From a virus, in the IMG/VR virus record IMGVR_UViG_3300045988_162176, positions 128,001 to 192,000 of that record: a stretch of 64,000 nt of DNA, one strand, 5' to 3'. The notes beneath the pieces are model-generated. The model was not told where the DNA came from. It saw only the letters and a list, made by a program, of their open reading frames with translations, and did no database searches. The translations under genes and the position numbers were made by a program. Positions 45,095 through 55,884 of the stretch are shown piece by piece. Every line of letters begins with the position of its first letter. Position 1 is the stretch's first letter.

Positions 45095-45802
45095 TTACCC
45101 CCTTCCTATAAACTTACTACCACCCATAAAACGGATTTGCCACGCAAGTCTATTTTGATAATTGTATATTTCTGAATCAAGTTGGTCTATCCATTCATTT
45201 TTCGCTTTTAAGATACGGTCATTAGACATAAGTTTGAAATCGCTGTCTTGCATTAAATTGCGAATATCTAATAACAAATTGCGTTCTTCTTCTCCCCATG
45301 CCTTTACAAGCAAACGAGCAAGAATATCTTTAACATAACCTACCACTAAACTTGTACCATTTACATTTTTGTTAGTTAAGCCTTCAAAATTGTCAGTAAA
45401 TTCACCAACATAATATTGCTCAACTGCATATTGCTTGCCTTCAGGTAACACATCAGGGAATTCTACAGTGTGAGCTTCTTTATCAATCGAGCCTTGCACC
45501 AATAATTCTCCTTCAATATAATTATATATTGAATTATCCTGAATCTCAAACTCAGGGTCAAGTTCGAATTTATTATTCTTACCATCCCCTTCAAAAACTT
45601 GCATGATACCTTTTGGTTCTTTATATTGAGATAAACGTAAAGAAACGCTTAGAGGGTTGTTAAACATAGATATTGCATTTTGCAAATAGGTGTACATTAT
45701 CTTATTAAATTGCAAAGGATTAGTTTCATACGCTGTCGTAATCCTTGGGTCATCAAATAAGGCTATTGCTTTTCGATAGACATCACTAAACAAAATGCCC
45801 AT
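45095..45802 (-). CDS. Head-tail connector / adaptor candidate
   Basis: 235-aa track ORF. The call rests on its position two genes after the capsid gene only. Confidence 0.35.
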   Translation of the reverse strand: MGILFSDVYRKAIALFDDPRITTAYETNPLQFNKIMYTYLQNAISMFNNPLSVSLRLSQYKEPKGIMQVFEGDGKNNKFELDPEFEIQDNSIYNYIEGELLVQGSIDKEAHTVEFPDVLPEGKQYAVEQYYVGEFTDNFEGLTNKNVNGTSLVVGYVKDILARLLVKAWGEEERNLLLDIRNLMQDSDFKLMSNDRILKAKNEWIDQLDSEIYNYQNRLAWQIRFMGGSKFIGRG

Positions 45803-45821
45803 TTAAACCCTCCTTATTTGT

Positions 45822-46670
45822 TTAATGTCTTATTGAATCAAAATTCATTTGAGCCAACAGATTGTCAAAAACACCCTTGTTAGAAATTCTGTTCAGAAGC
45901 TCAACTTTACTTCTAACACGATATTTAGCATCATTTTCATAGCACTTTCCAAGCCAGTAAGAACAAATAAAGTCTTTATCAGCTTCAGTCAAAGAATTCA
46001 TGTAATCCTCAAGTTCACGCTCACTCTTCTTGTAAATATTTACGAGGTCTCCCTTCGTAACAACAGCATGACCCTCTCTTTTCAAACAAGATACATTATA
46101 ACGTTCCGCAACATCGGCGAATTCGGGAGCCAAAAGAATAATTTCTTTATCGAACCACTTACGATATTTGGAAACACATTCCTCGAACTGTTGCCAGCTA
46201 AGAACACGCTGTTCACCGAGAGTATGGAAATTAATAGTCAAACCAGTAAGCTGAATAGCGGTTGAAAGCCCACCAAGCAACTCACGATTATGAACAATAA
46301 CAATTTCCTTGTCACTCTTTCTATTGCCAAGAATTTCCAGAAGTCTTTCTGTTGTATTAGAAGTATTATCCTGTACTTCTTTTGCCTTAAAAGAACTTTC
46401 TGTATCGCCCTCTCTATCATTCAAAGTAGATTCTTTGATTGCTTCTGCCAACTTTTCGTTCTTTGCTTTCTCTTCCTTGAGTTCACTACTCAAAGATTCA
46501 ATTGTAGACTGGAACTTTGCCATCATAGCTTGAATATCTTCTAACGAGATAGAAGACTGAGTAGCAGGAGACTCCTTAACAGAAGTCTCCGCATTCTCAG
46601 CAATTTGTTCCTTATTAGTTTCGTTTACAACTTCTTCTGTATTTTTAATAGTTTTCTTATTTACAGCCAT
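45822..46670 (-). CDS. Hypothetical protein following the capsid gene
   Basis: 282-aa track ORF with an AAAGGAG SD and a coiled-coil-like N-terminal half. No TAG. Confidence 0.4.
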   Translation of the reverse strand: MAVNKKTIKNTEEVVNETNKEQIAENAETSVKESPATQSSISLEDIQAMMAKFQSTIESLSSELKEEKAKNEKLAEAIKESTLNDREGDTESSFKAKEVQDNTSNTTERLLEILGNRKSDKEIVIVHNRELLGGLSTAIQLTGLTINFHTLGEQRVLSWQQFEECVSKYRKWFDKEIILLAPEFADVAERYNVSCLKREGHAVVTKGDLVNIYKKSERELEDYMNSLTEADKDFICSYWLGKCYENDAKYRVRSKVELLNRISNKGVFDNLLAQMNFDSIRH

Positions 46671-46778
46671 TTTTTACAATCTCCTTTTAAACCTTTTAAA
46701 CATATCTGGAGCAACCAGAATTTACGAAATCAACTAATTATTATAATTAATTATTTATAATTAGATTATAATTTGATA

Positions 46779-47401
46779 TTAGTTAAGAGTAATAGCACCA
46801 ATCTTGCTACCTACAATAGCGTCCATACCCATACGCATATCAACGGTAAAACCGTAAGTATGGTCAGCAGCAAACAAGGGGTCCTTCTCAACAGAAACGG
46901 TATTACCTTCCATGACAACCTTGATAGGCTTATTCATACCAAGAGGAAGCATGTAAATAATATCATCAGGAAGAACGACTTCAGGCTCACCATTGATGGT
47001 GTTAGGAACAAGAGCGTTACCCAGTTCAATCATAGGAACATTCTTGTAATCAGGCAGGAAGCCATCTCTAACGATAGCGCTATCCTCGCCATAACGGAAG
47101 CCCTTAGCACTGTCGGGAAGGACAGAAGCGAGAGCAATAGAAGTACCGAGAGCATAAACATCAGCACCGCCATTAGCAAGTTTTACCAAACGTGCAACTT
47201 TGAGCCAGTTCTCATCAGTGAGACCGTTAGCCATATAGCCAGCGATACCATCCTGATTATTAGTAGCAACGTCAGTGTTGTTGGTAATGATAGAAGCCAT
47301 TACCTTAGCAAGACGAGCTTGAATATAAGCGGCAAAGGAAGCACCAATCTTCTGGAGGAGTTTACCCCAATCCTGCCTTCCCGATGCCACGTGGTCAGTT
47401 A
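46779..47401 (-). CDS. Major capsid protein, exon 2
   Basis: Track ORF 46779..47390 extends to the inferred 3' splice site, giving ..YVDW|LTDHVASGRQDWGKLLQKIG... Codon usage is C/G-ending and there is no TAG. It sits after the scaffold and decoration-like genes. Confidence 0.65.
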
Positions 47402-48841
47402 CATTAAGAGTTATTTAGTGTTTTTAGCTTTTTGCTATTCATAATCTTTTAAAATTATTTCAGTGTAATAATTACCATCTTTTAATAACCAATTTATTTT
47501 GTCAATTATTTCTTGCTTCTCTGGAATAGAATGGTCTCCTTTTATTCTCAAAACTTTGTAGCCCATTTTTTGAACTACTCGGTCTCTTTTAATATCTTTC
47601 TGTTGGTCTTGATGCCAATACCAACCATCATATTCCAAATCTATTCTGATATCCCTAATAAAAATAGCTACGTCTAAATTAAGTTGACTTAAAGGGTAAT
47701 TCAACTCTACTTTATATTCATCTTGAAGCATTTCATAAATTTTTAATTGTTGTGAAGAACATGGAATTAATTCTCTTTTATTAGCCAATGCTTCTTGCAT
47801 CCTTTTTCGTATTTCTGGATTTTGTACAGGGTAATCACAGCCGTATTTTTCCTTGCAAGTATTGACAGCTTTAGTCCTTACTTCTTTATTCGAAAAAGGG
47901 TTTACATCTCCATATTTTTCCAAGCAAGTTTTAATAGCTTTTTCTTTTGCTTCTTTTGTTAAAAATGGATATTCAACTCCATATTTTTCCAAACAAGTCT
48001 ATTTTGCTTTTTCTTGACTTTCCCTAATCTACCGAGGACTATCCACTCCATATTTTTCCTTTAAAGTTTTCTTAATTTTTTCTTGGATTTCTTTGCTCTT
48101 AAGTGGACTATCTACACCATATTTTTCTAAATTTGTTTTTACAGACTTGTTATTTCTTTGAGCTATTAATTCTTTATTCTTTCCCCAACAATCTTTACAA
48201 CAATATTTACCATCATGCTTTTCTATTCTTTTTAAATATTTTTTATATTGAACTGTTATTTCTTTACCACAAAAATCACAAATAGCCACAACATCTCTAT
48301 GGCTACCTTCTGGCAATTCTTCTGGTTTAACTTGAATAGTCTCCCCTTTAAAAAGACTATAACCTTTTTCATTGAAATATTTCTAAGCGGTTTGTGTCCA
48401 AGGAATTTCAATTAATTGATTTTCTTTTAACATACAAACCTCCTTTTTATTTTATTTAAACACTAAATTTTTCGAATCGTCAATTCGCTCTAACCCTTTC
48501 GGATTCTTATGTTTTCACATAAGCTTAGACTATATCTTCATCCCAATAGGATGTCCACCATTTCGGAATAATTTATTGACTATATTCCTACTCCTCTTAT
48601 GAGGATAGTCGTTGAACCTTCTTCTTTTCGAAGCTTGGCTGCTGATTACCAATTCTAAGATACTTAGGGTTTAACCTTATATCATACAATCAATTTTTTC
48701 TGCTTTCGCAACTATCACGATTAAATCTATTTCAATTTTGCGTTGTAGTTTGATTGTCTTTATGGTATTCCAGCAATTAAATGGAAATATTTTTACGCAT
48801 ATTGCTATACGCCCTAGCTATTTATAAATTGCTTATATTTA
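47402..48841 (-). mobile_element. Group I intron with homing-endonuclease ORF in its 3' tail
   Basis: The core lies at about 48434-48841 with P TTAATTGCTGGAAT, Q TAATCAGCAGCC, R GTTCAACGACTATCC and S GAAGATATAGTCT, plus a CGAAT..ATTCG terminal hairpin. The ORF follows. The intron ends ..CUUAAUG at 47402. Confidence 0.7.
47411..48433 (-). CDS. Intron-encoded homing endonuclease (KYG-repeat DNA-binding region + Vsr/DUF559-like PD-(D/E)XK)
   Basis: ATG 48431-48433 follows an AGGAGG SD. Track ORFs 48029..48316 and 47435..47992 are in one frame. Four TAGs are present, including the standard-code stop at 47435. There are five xEKYGVxxP repeats. The nuclease motif is LDVAIFIRDIRIDLEYDGWYWH..KRDRVVQKMGYKVLRIKG. 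TAA stop at 47411-47413. Confidence 0.65.
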
Positions 48842-49337
48842 ACCAGTCAACATAGAGAGAAATCTGCTCTCTCTTAGCAGCAATAGTATATTCAGTGTTG
48901 GAAGCAGTCTGAACGCCACCACGAGCAATACCTTCAGCAAGGCTATTCACAATGAAGAGCTCATTGCTATCGACTTCATACTTAGCGACATCACCGAAAC
49001 CAACCTGAGTGACATCATAAAGCTGTTCATAACCAGCCGCAGCGACGGTAGGAACGACAGGAGTGATAGCACCAGCAAGGATGGTATCGAAGGTCTCAAG
49101 GAAGCCACTCTTCTTGTAGACCATAGGATTCTTAATCATATCGAGACCACTCCACTTCATGCCAGCGTTCTCGACACAATACTTCATAAACTCTTGGTTA
49201 AAGGTCTTATTAGCCTCAACATACTCAGGGGTGTTGTTCTTACCCTCAATGGACTTCTGAGCCAAAGAATAGCAAGTTTCAACGAGACCATCAGCGACAT
49301 CTTCGTTGAATTTGTTATAACTAAAAATTTGTTTCAT
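48842..49337 (-). CDS. Major capsid protein, exon 1
   Basis: This is track ORF 48822..49337 trimmed at the inferred 5' splice site after ..REQISLYVDW(U). GGAGGA SD, high C/G third positions, no TAG. Confidence 0.65.
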
Positions 49338-49399
49338 AATAACAAAATCCTCCTTAATTAATCTATAAAAATCATAAAGTAAATATCAATATTTATTTT

Positions 49400-49451
49400 A
49401 AATTATTCAAATTATTCAAATTATTCAATGATAATTATTCAATGATAATTT
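49400..49451 (-). repeat. Tandem repeats between the decoration-like and capsid genes
   Basis: AAATTATTC x3 at 49400-49426 is followed by AATGATAATT(ATTC) x2. Confidence 0.8.
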
Positions 49452-49455
49452 AAAA

Positions 49456-49983
49456 TTACTCGTGGATAACGGTGCAATAGAACTTCTTACCCTCGTTCTT
49501 GACACCGATAATCTTATCCTTACCAAACTCAACCTTAACGCAGAGCTTATCATCAGCAGCAGCAGCAGCGGGAGCCCACTGACCATCAGAGCCAGCAACA
49601 GCATACTGACCAGCAGTAGGAGCAGACTCAAAGTTGTCTTCGCCGAGATAGAACTCATCACCGAGCTTGAGGCAACGAACGCGAGTATGAGCACCAGCAG
49701 GGCAGGGAAGACCGCAAGTCTTAACACCTTCGCTGTAGATAACGCCCATGATTTCGCCCTTAGAAACGCCAACATAGTCAACGATACCAACACGACCAGT
49801 GCCAGCATAGGGCTTAATTTCACGAGTATTCATATCCTTCAGACCCTTATAAACCTCATGGTCGATAAGGTCGCCAATTTCAACCAAAGAACCATCAGCG
49901 AGTTCCTTGTCTTTGCAAACGCCAGAAACCAGATAGCTTTTAACATCTTCAGAAGCCATCAAAATCTTCTCAATAAATTTCAT
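49456..49983 (-). CDS. Capsid-associated protein (decoration or auxiliary scaffold candidate)
   Basis: 175-aa track ORF between the scaffold-like and capsid genes, with capsid-like codon usage and no TAG. Confidence 0.35.
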   Translation of the reverse strand: MKFIEKILMASEDVKSYLVSGVCKDKELADGSLVEIGDLIDHEVYKGLKDMNTREIKPYAGTGRVGIVDYVGVSKGEIMGVIYSEGVKTCGLPCPAGAHTRVRCLKLGDEFYLGEDNFESAPTAGQYAVAGSDGQWAPAAAAADDKLCVKVEFGKDKIIGVKNEGKKFYCTVIHE

Positions 49984-50007
49984 AATAAAGTTATCCTCCT
50001 TTTTTAA

Positions 50008-51915
50008 TTAAATCTTGTTAAGATTTTTCATTGCATTTTTAAGGTTATTTGCGCTGTCGTTCACTTCAGTAACAACAGGTTTATCCTTAACGATATCAGC
50101 AGAGAACTCTTTCTCCTTAGCTTTTCTACTAAGTTTCTTCTGAGCATAAAGAGCATCTGCAATTTTATGGTCAACAGCCTCATTAAGTTCCTCATCGGAA
50201 GCATAAGTACTGTTATCACAATTTTCTTTCATAAATGCCTTAATATTAGTAGCATTTTCCTCAGTCAAATCTTCTTCAGAATCAACTAAAGAGCAAGCCA
50301 AAGCATAAAGTTCAGCATTTTTCTTTGCGTTAAACTGAGCATTAAGAGCATTATACTTTTCAGTCAGTTCAGCGAAAGAGGCATTAAGAGTATTGAATCT
50401 CTCATAAAGTTCATCGGCAGTAAGTTGTTCATCACCGACAGCATAGTGGGTATCCTGAATAACATTACTTTCACCAGAAGGTTGACCGATTAAAATACTG
50501 CCATCATCGTGTTCTTTGAGGATATCAGTATCAACTTTAGGAGAACCAAGCTCTTCACCTTCAATCTGTCCATGGTCAGCATGAGATTCATCGACAGTTA
50601 CATCAGTAGCAGCAAACTGAGCGGGGTCTTCGCAATTTTCAACTTTCTTTTCACCATCGTTATCCTCAGCCTCGGTTTCCTTTTTGCCATCATCATCGTC
50701 GTTATCATCATTATCATCATCATGGTCATCATCATTTTTGTCATCTTTAGACTCATTCTCTTTATGACCATCATCCTTATTACCATCGTCATCTTCGTGC
50801 GCACAAGTGCAAGGGTTGTTACCGCAGACTTCGCACTTGCCGTCTTCAGATTCACATTCCTTGGATTCAGTCTCTTTACCACTCTCATCTTCAGGATTTT
50901 CATCCTTAGAGAGTACAATCTTTTCTTTAGCGTCCATATCAATATTAGCGACATTTTCTTCGTTGATGCTATAAGTAGCCTTAAAATTTTCATCATCAAG
51001 GCTAAAGCAAACAACATTATCGTTAATTTCCGTGACACTATAATGAGAAGCATTCTCATCAAGACCGCTATTCAGAAAAGATTCGAGAAGTTGTCTTTTC
51101 TCTTCATAGGTCATTGTTTTTGGTTCCTCCCCTCTTTGTTCATTATCCATTGTGATTTCGTCCACTTTTTCATTAACAACTCCGTTATCAGGAATAGTGG
51201 AATCGAAATCCTCGTTTTTATTATCTGTATCAGAGCCAGAATTTTTATCTTTATTGTTATTATCTTCCAACTCTTTATAAGCAAAAGATAAGCATTTTTC
51301 CTGTTTCTGATAAACAGCGTCATTAATTTTATCAAGAATGGTTAAATGTGCATTAGGGATAGCTTCAGTAACAGCAGAACCAAGAATAGTAAATCCATCA
51401 AAAATGAATTTATCTATTACTTCGACTTTATTTTCATCTATATGACTTTCAAGGACTTCTATTTCTACAGAAATTTTCTTTTTAGTATCCTTAAGCAATC
51501 TTTTAACTTGTTTATAAGCATATTTAGCCCAAAGAACGCAAGTAAAATGCACCCAAGTTTGACCGTCATGTTCGACAATTTCAACCAAATCTTCGCCACG
51601 AATTACGCCAAGTGGGACTTCACATTTACCATTAGTAAAGTCAAAGTAATCTTGTTGTAACTCATTATCCCACCTATATTCCATTTCATGAGCTTTAAAA
51701 TCATCATGAGCGACATCAAAAGCGCCGAGAGCGGGTTTATTATAAAAGGTAGGTTTAGCGTCTTGCATAGCAGACACAGGGAAATAGCTGTTATTTCTAT
51801 TAGGGTAGATATCAGAAATTGCATAAACGTCGATAGCAATAAAGTCATTTTTTAACACATTCTTAATTTTCAAACTTTGCGGAGAAAGTTCAAATTTCAG
51901 AACTTTTTTATCCAA
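50008..51915 (-). CDS. Scaffold / prohead-protease-like fusion with hyper-acidic insert
   Basis: 635-aa track ORF with a TTG start after an AGGAGG SD, positioned between portal and capsid. It has a long D/E/N-rich tract (..HEDDDGNKDDGHKENESKDDKNDDDHDDDNDDNDDDDGKK..) and a coiled-coil-like C-terminal third. The protease assignment is weak. Confidence 0.4.
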   Translation of the reverse strand: MDKKVLKFELSPQSLKIKNVLKNDFIAIDVYAISDIYPNRNNSYFPVSAMQDAKPTFYNKPALGAFDVAHDDFKAHEMEYRWDNELQQDYFDFTNGKCEVPLGVIRGEDLVEIVEHDGQTWVHFTCVLWAKYAYKQVKRLLKDTKKKISVEIEVLESHIDENKVEVIDKFIFDGFTILGSAVTEAIPNAHLTILDKINDAVYQKQEKCLSFAYKELEDNNNKDKNSGSDTDNKNEDFDSTIPDNGVVNEKVDEITMDNEQRGEEPKTMTYEEKRQLLESFLNSGLDENASHYSVTEINDNVVCFSLDDENFKATYSINEENVANIDMDAKEKIVLSKDENPEDESGKETESKECESEDGKCEVCGNNPCTCAHEDDDGNKDDGHKENESKDDKNDDDHDDDNDDNDDDDGKKETEAEDNDGEKKVENCEDPAQFAATDVTVDESHADHGQIEGEELGSPKVDTDILKEHDDGSILIGQPSGESNVIQDTHYAVGDEQLTADELYERFNTLNASFAELTEKYNALNAQFNAKKNAELYALACSLVDSEEDLTEENATNIKAFMKENCDNSTYASDEELNEAVDHKIADALYAQKKLSRKAKEKEFSADIVKDKPVVTEVNDSANNLKNAMKNLNKI

Positions 51916-51937
51916 TATTTTTCTTCCTCCTTTCTCC

Positions 51938-52276
51938 TCATGATGTAAATGACAATGACATAGAAGTCATAGCCATTACTTTGTCATTCCAAGCCTCGTT
52001 CTTCCGAACGTAGCAATTAGGAACAAGGTTAACTATATTAATATAGTCCAATATATCATCTGATGGCTCAAACCATTCTCCATTATTTCTAATTTTATAT
52101 TGCTAAAACTTAGAATGAAGGCTTTCCTCATCAGCCATAGTGCCTTTCATATATCCTAAGATATATAATTGCTTATCACTGCCAGTATTTAATTGTTTTA
52201 ATCTTTTCTGAACTGAATTTTTAGTATATCCTATTTTAATATTTTCCCCATTGGTTATAAAATAAACATAGCCCAT
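51938..52276 (-). CDS. T5orf172 / GIY-YIG-like domain protein
   Basis: Not in the track because one TAG splits it. Translation is MGYVYFITNGENIKIGYTKNSVQKRLKQLNTGSDKQLYILGYMKG..EESLHSKF[TAG]QYKIRNNGEWFEPS... ATG 52274-52276, TGA 51938-51940, 112 codons in frame. Confidence 0.55.
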
Positions 52277-52317
52277 TGTATAATATCCTATTTTGAATAG
52301 TTAACTTATTTTACAAA

Positions 52318-52830
52318 TTAGATTTTTGTAAATCCTTCGAATTCAGCGTCAAATAATTCAGGGGAAGTGCTGTACAGTTTAGCTTTTTGTCTCCAAATAT
52401 CACATTGATGGAGAAGAGAGCTAGCAACTTCTGCCATATTTTCCAGAACAATTACAAAAACCTTACATGACTTGTTGTAATCTAAAAATTCAATAGTATC
52501 AAGAATTTTTCTCTTCAAAGAATCCATTTCTGTGTAGGTATCATTAAACAGCAATTCGATATTTTCATAAATATCTTCATTACCATTAAGAGGTTTACGA
52601 ATAGGGCGAATACCTTCTTGAATCATTACTTCGCTCAATTTATCTGCGAAGGTATCACTTGGAAACACATGAGCGAATTTCAAGTGAAACACCTGAGAAG
52701 CGCAGGGGCAATTAAGCTCGCAATCAAGAGCATAAGCCATATTATCAGCGATAGAATTCATTTGAAAGAAGCTTCCTAACAAATCATTTAAAGCTTCGAC
52801 AATCTCTGGCGTATAATTATTACTTACCAT
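52318..52830 (-). CDS. Hypothetical protein (170 aa)
   Basis: Track ORF with no recognisable motif. Confidence 0.4.
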   Translation of the reverse strand: MVSNNYTPEIVEALNDLLGSFFQMNSIADNMAYALDCELNCPCASQVFHLKFAHVFPSDTFADKLSEVMIQEGIRPIRKPLNGNEDIYENIELLFNDTYTEMDSLKRKILDTIEFLDYNKSCKVFVIVLENMAEVASSLLHQCDIWRQKAKLYSTSPELFDAEFEGFTKI

Positions 52831-52854
52831 ATTATTGTCCTCTCACTTTCCTTT

Positions 52855-53115
52855 TTATAGTTTCTCCATAATTCCTTTGACATCTTTTTTGATATCTTGA
52901 ATATCAGATTTATTTTCTTCAATTTTCTGGAAAACAATTCCCATATTCTTTTCCAACTCATAGGTACGAGTAATTAGATTATTGTGAGCATCCACTTTGC
53001 GTTGCAACTGCTCGATTTTATAATTGGTTAATTTATTAGTGGTAATAATACCGCCAATAGTACCAACACAAGTTCCGATAAAGGAAATTATAGCAATTAT
53101 AATTGTAGGGTCCAA
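52855..53115 (-). CDS. Small membrane protein (N-terminal TM + coiled coil)
   Basis: 86-aa track ORF with a TTG start after an AGGAGG SD. The hydrophobic stretch is IIIAIISFIGTCVGTIGGIITT. Confidence 0.4.
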   Translation of the reverse strand: MDPTIIIAIISFIGTCVGTIGGIITTNKLTNYKIEQLQRKVDAHNNLITRTYELEKNMGIVFQKIEENKSDIQDIKKDVKGIMEKL

Positions 53116-53392
53116 TTTAATCGACCTCCTTTACGAAATACTGAAAAAAGGGAACAATCAAGCTTACTCAATTATTAATTCTCCCTTTTCGTCTGTATTA
53201 AAGACGAAACATTTTTGACATTGCGAACAAATGTAAAACTATTTATCAGGAGAAACCATTAATTTTTTTGTGCTTTTTTGCAACGTAGTATTAGAGTCTA
53301 AGGGATTATGATTACAACAAAGTTCAGAATTTATGTAGTTTTTTTTGATATGCCACTTTTTCTCTTTAAATGTTTTAATCAAATTCACACTT

Positions 53393-55288
53393 TCAATCCT
53401 TTACTTTCTTTGGAATCGTATGAGTAAACGTATTCATATCATTAATACGAGACTCATACATTTCTTCCAAGCATTCGTTACAAATTACATCTTCATCTTC
53501 ATTCAGTTCTTTTCCGCAAATTTGGCACTTTTTGATATTATATGAAAACTCCTTAATGTCTGAAACATTAGTTCCAGCATTGGAAGAGTTACCAGTATTA
53601 TCGTTGGTAATCTCATCATCATTCAATTTTGGTCTACCAACAGGGTTGGCGATTAAATTTTCTTGGTCTAAGACTTTTTCAACTTTAATATCTAAAGCTT
53701 TAAGATAAGCTTTAGCTTGTTGATAATCATCGACAGTCATGCCATTAGCTGACAAAAGTTTAGGGATAAAGCCTTCCAAACCAGACACGACTTGTTCTCT
53801 AAGAATTTTAATATCTTCACGAATATTAAAAATATCACCCCAAAGAGAGATTTTCCATTGGAATTTCAAATCAAAATTCTTATTAATCATTTCATTTAAA
53901 AAACTTTCGTATTGTCTGGTAAGGTAATCAATTCTAGCAGCCTAAATATATTGGGAAGCCTTAACAGAAGCGATAGAGGGTTTATCAGTAATACTCATAA
54001 GAGCAGAGTTGCCAGAAGTGGCGATTAAATCTCTAGTTCTATCATAAATGATATCCATTGCTTCGGGCTGATTTTCAAGTGTGTGCAACTCAAAATCATT
54101 AAACGGTGCGAAGAAACCTAAGATATTTCCAGAAATATTACTTTCAAAGAAATCTTGATAACCAAGAATTGTATCAGGGGTAATAATTGTAGCATCGGAC
54201 CGGGCCTTGGCATCCTTCGTAAGCGGAACTTCCGCAGTTAAAACACTATTAACACCTTTACTAAGCAAGCTAGCTTGCAACCATTTATAGTCATCCAAGT
54301 CTGTCAAATCATCAAACAGACCAATAGTATCAGGAAATGCATTAGGATGAGCGCCATCAAAATAAAATGTATAGCATAAATCTTGAGGAAGTCTTACCCA
54401 ATACATATAGTTTTCTCCATTACTTTCCAAAATGTGACCATCAGGAAGTTTAGCTTTAGGAGAAATTCTCTTTTTCTTAGTTTTCTAATCTATAATGACA
54501 ACACCTGTTTCCAACATTTGATTCCAGACATCCTGAATAAATTGAGGATACTGGCTAACATCATAAGCTGGTTGAAGGAAAATTGCCATATTAAAAGCAA
54601 TAGTAAACTGTTGCTTACTACCAAAGCCAATCAATTTAACCATATCGGTATTAAGTTTTTGCATGACAAAGAAATTAACAACATTCTTATCATAGCTTGT
54701 ACGAGGCAAGTAAGAAGATTTACCTTCCAAGCTCACCTAAGTAGTAATAGTTCTTAAGGTTAAATTTGGATTAAAAGCTTTTAAAATTTTATCCACTTTT
54801 TGACTTTCTTTTTTAAAAGCCTCTGTAGACATATCTTTTGAGTCAACATATTCTGGGATATAATAATAATTAAATAAGGGAGTATCTCTATTAAGTTTTA
54901 CTAAAATATTATAAACATAATTAGTATAATACAGCCACATACTGATTCTCTAAAAAGTCATTTCAGAGTTTTCAGGGTTATTCAGAGCGCTTTGTAATTC
55001 TTCTGCCTAAACTTTTTGAGCTTTAGCATTAATTTGTTTAATACGTTGATTTTGTAAAAACGGATTGTTTAATTGACTCCAAGACATAGCCCAAGCGCCA
55101 GCCAAATTATCAAAACCAGTAGAAGCGTATTTACCAAAAATAGTAGCCCATCTTTGCTGAATTGCTTTTAATGAGACATCTTCTTCAAGTTTATCTTGAG
55201 TCATAGTAATCATTTTAGCTTCTTCATTTACGACAGCTTTAGGCGATTCAACCTTTTTGGGTCTTCCTCTTTTTTTGGGACTATCCAA
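53393..55288 (-). CDS. Portal protein candidate (~631 aa)
   Basis: Track ORFs 55007..55288, 54737..54940, 54485..54736, 53942..54430 and 53393..53890 all have ends congruent mod 3 and are joined by five TAGs (54736 and 54737 abut). TTG start after a GGGAGG SD, TGA stop. Size and position upstream of the scaffold and capsid genes support the call. Confidence 0.55.
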
Positions 55289-55703
55289 TATTATTTCCTC
55301 CCTTCTTATTAATATTATCAGTCTCTTGAGACTTTTTAGCTTTTTCTTGTTCAGCTAAAATATGTTCGAAATTATCAAGAGCTTTCATAGTATCTCTCAA
55401 TTTCTGTTGCTTTTCTATTTCATATCTTTGTTTTTCAATAGCAACCAAATTGTCTCTACACCATTCGATAACGAAATCATTTTCATTCATAATATTTTTC
55501 TCATTGACTTCTCTGACAATAAAATTACGAGCTGGTTTTAAAGATTTTTTCAATGTTGCATAAGCTTCATCTCTAAATTTATATTGAGCCAAAGCAAGAT
55601 AAAGATTATCATCTTGATAAATAAATTTATAATACTTCCCAATTTTAGAAAGCATTGATTCAAAACTATCAGTATTAAAATCACCGATTATTTTATAGAC
55701 CAT
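55248..55703 (-). CDS. Hypothetical protein upstream of the portal
   Basis: Track ORF 55281..55703 ends in TAG and the frame continues 10 codons to TGA 55248-55250, overlapping the portal start. Confidence 0.4.
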
Positions 55704-55884
55704 TTCTATGCTCCTTATATTAAAATATGTCCTCTATAATGAATATTAACGAGATTGCTCTTATTAATATTCACTAACAAAACATATAAAAAACTATTTT
55801 AAATCTTTTTTAAATCTTTTTTAAATAAGCAAGACTAATCCAACCTCTACCATCAGCTAACTTACCCCAAGTTATACCAGAGAT

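Noticed and set aside
50680-50830. Hyper-acidic D/E/N/H-rich tract in the scaffold-like protein, considered as a separate element or repeat expansion
   Set aside because: It is in frame and continuous with the flanking protein, and acidic low-complexity inserts are common in scaffolding proteins. It is noted in the feature table only.
55801-55826. Direct repeat TAAATCTTTTTT x2 downstream of the endolysin
   Set aside because: It is a short AT-rich duplication overlapping the second TAA, with no hairpin or other structure. It is probably incidental.
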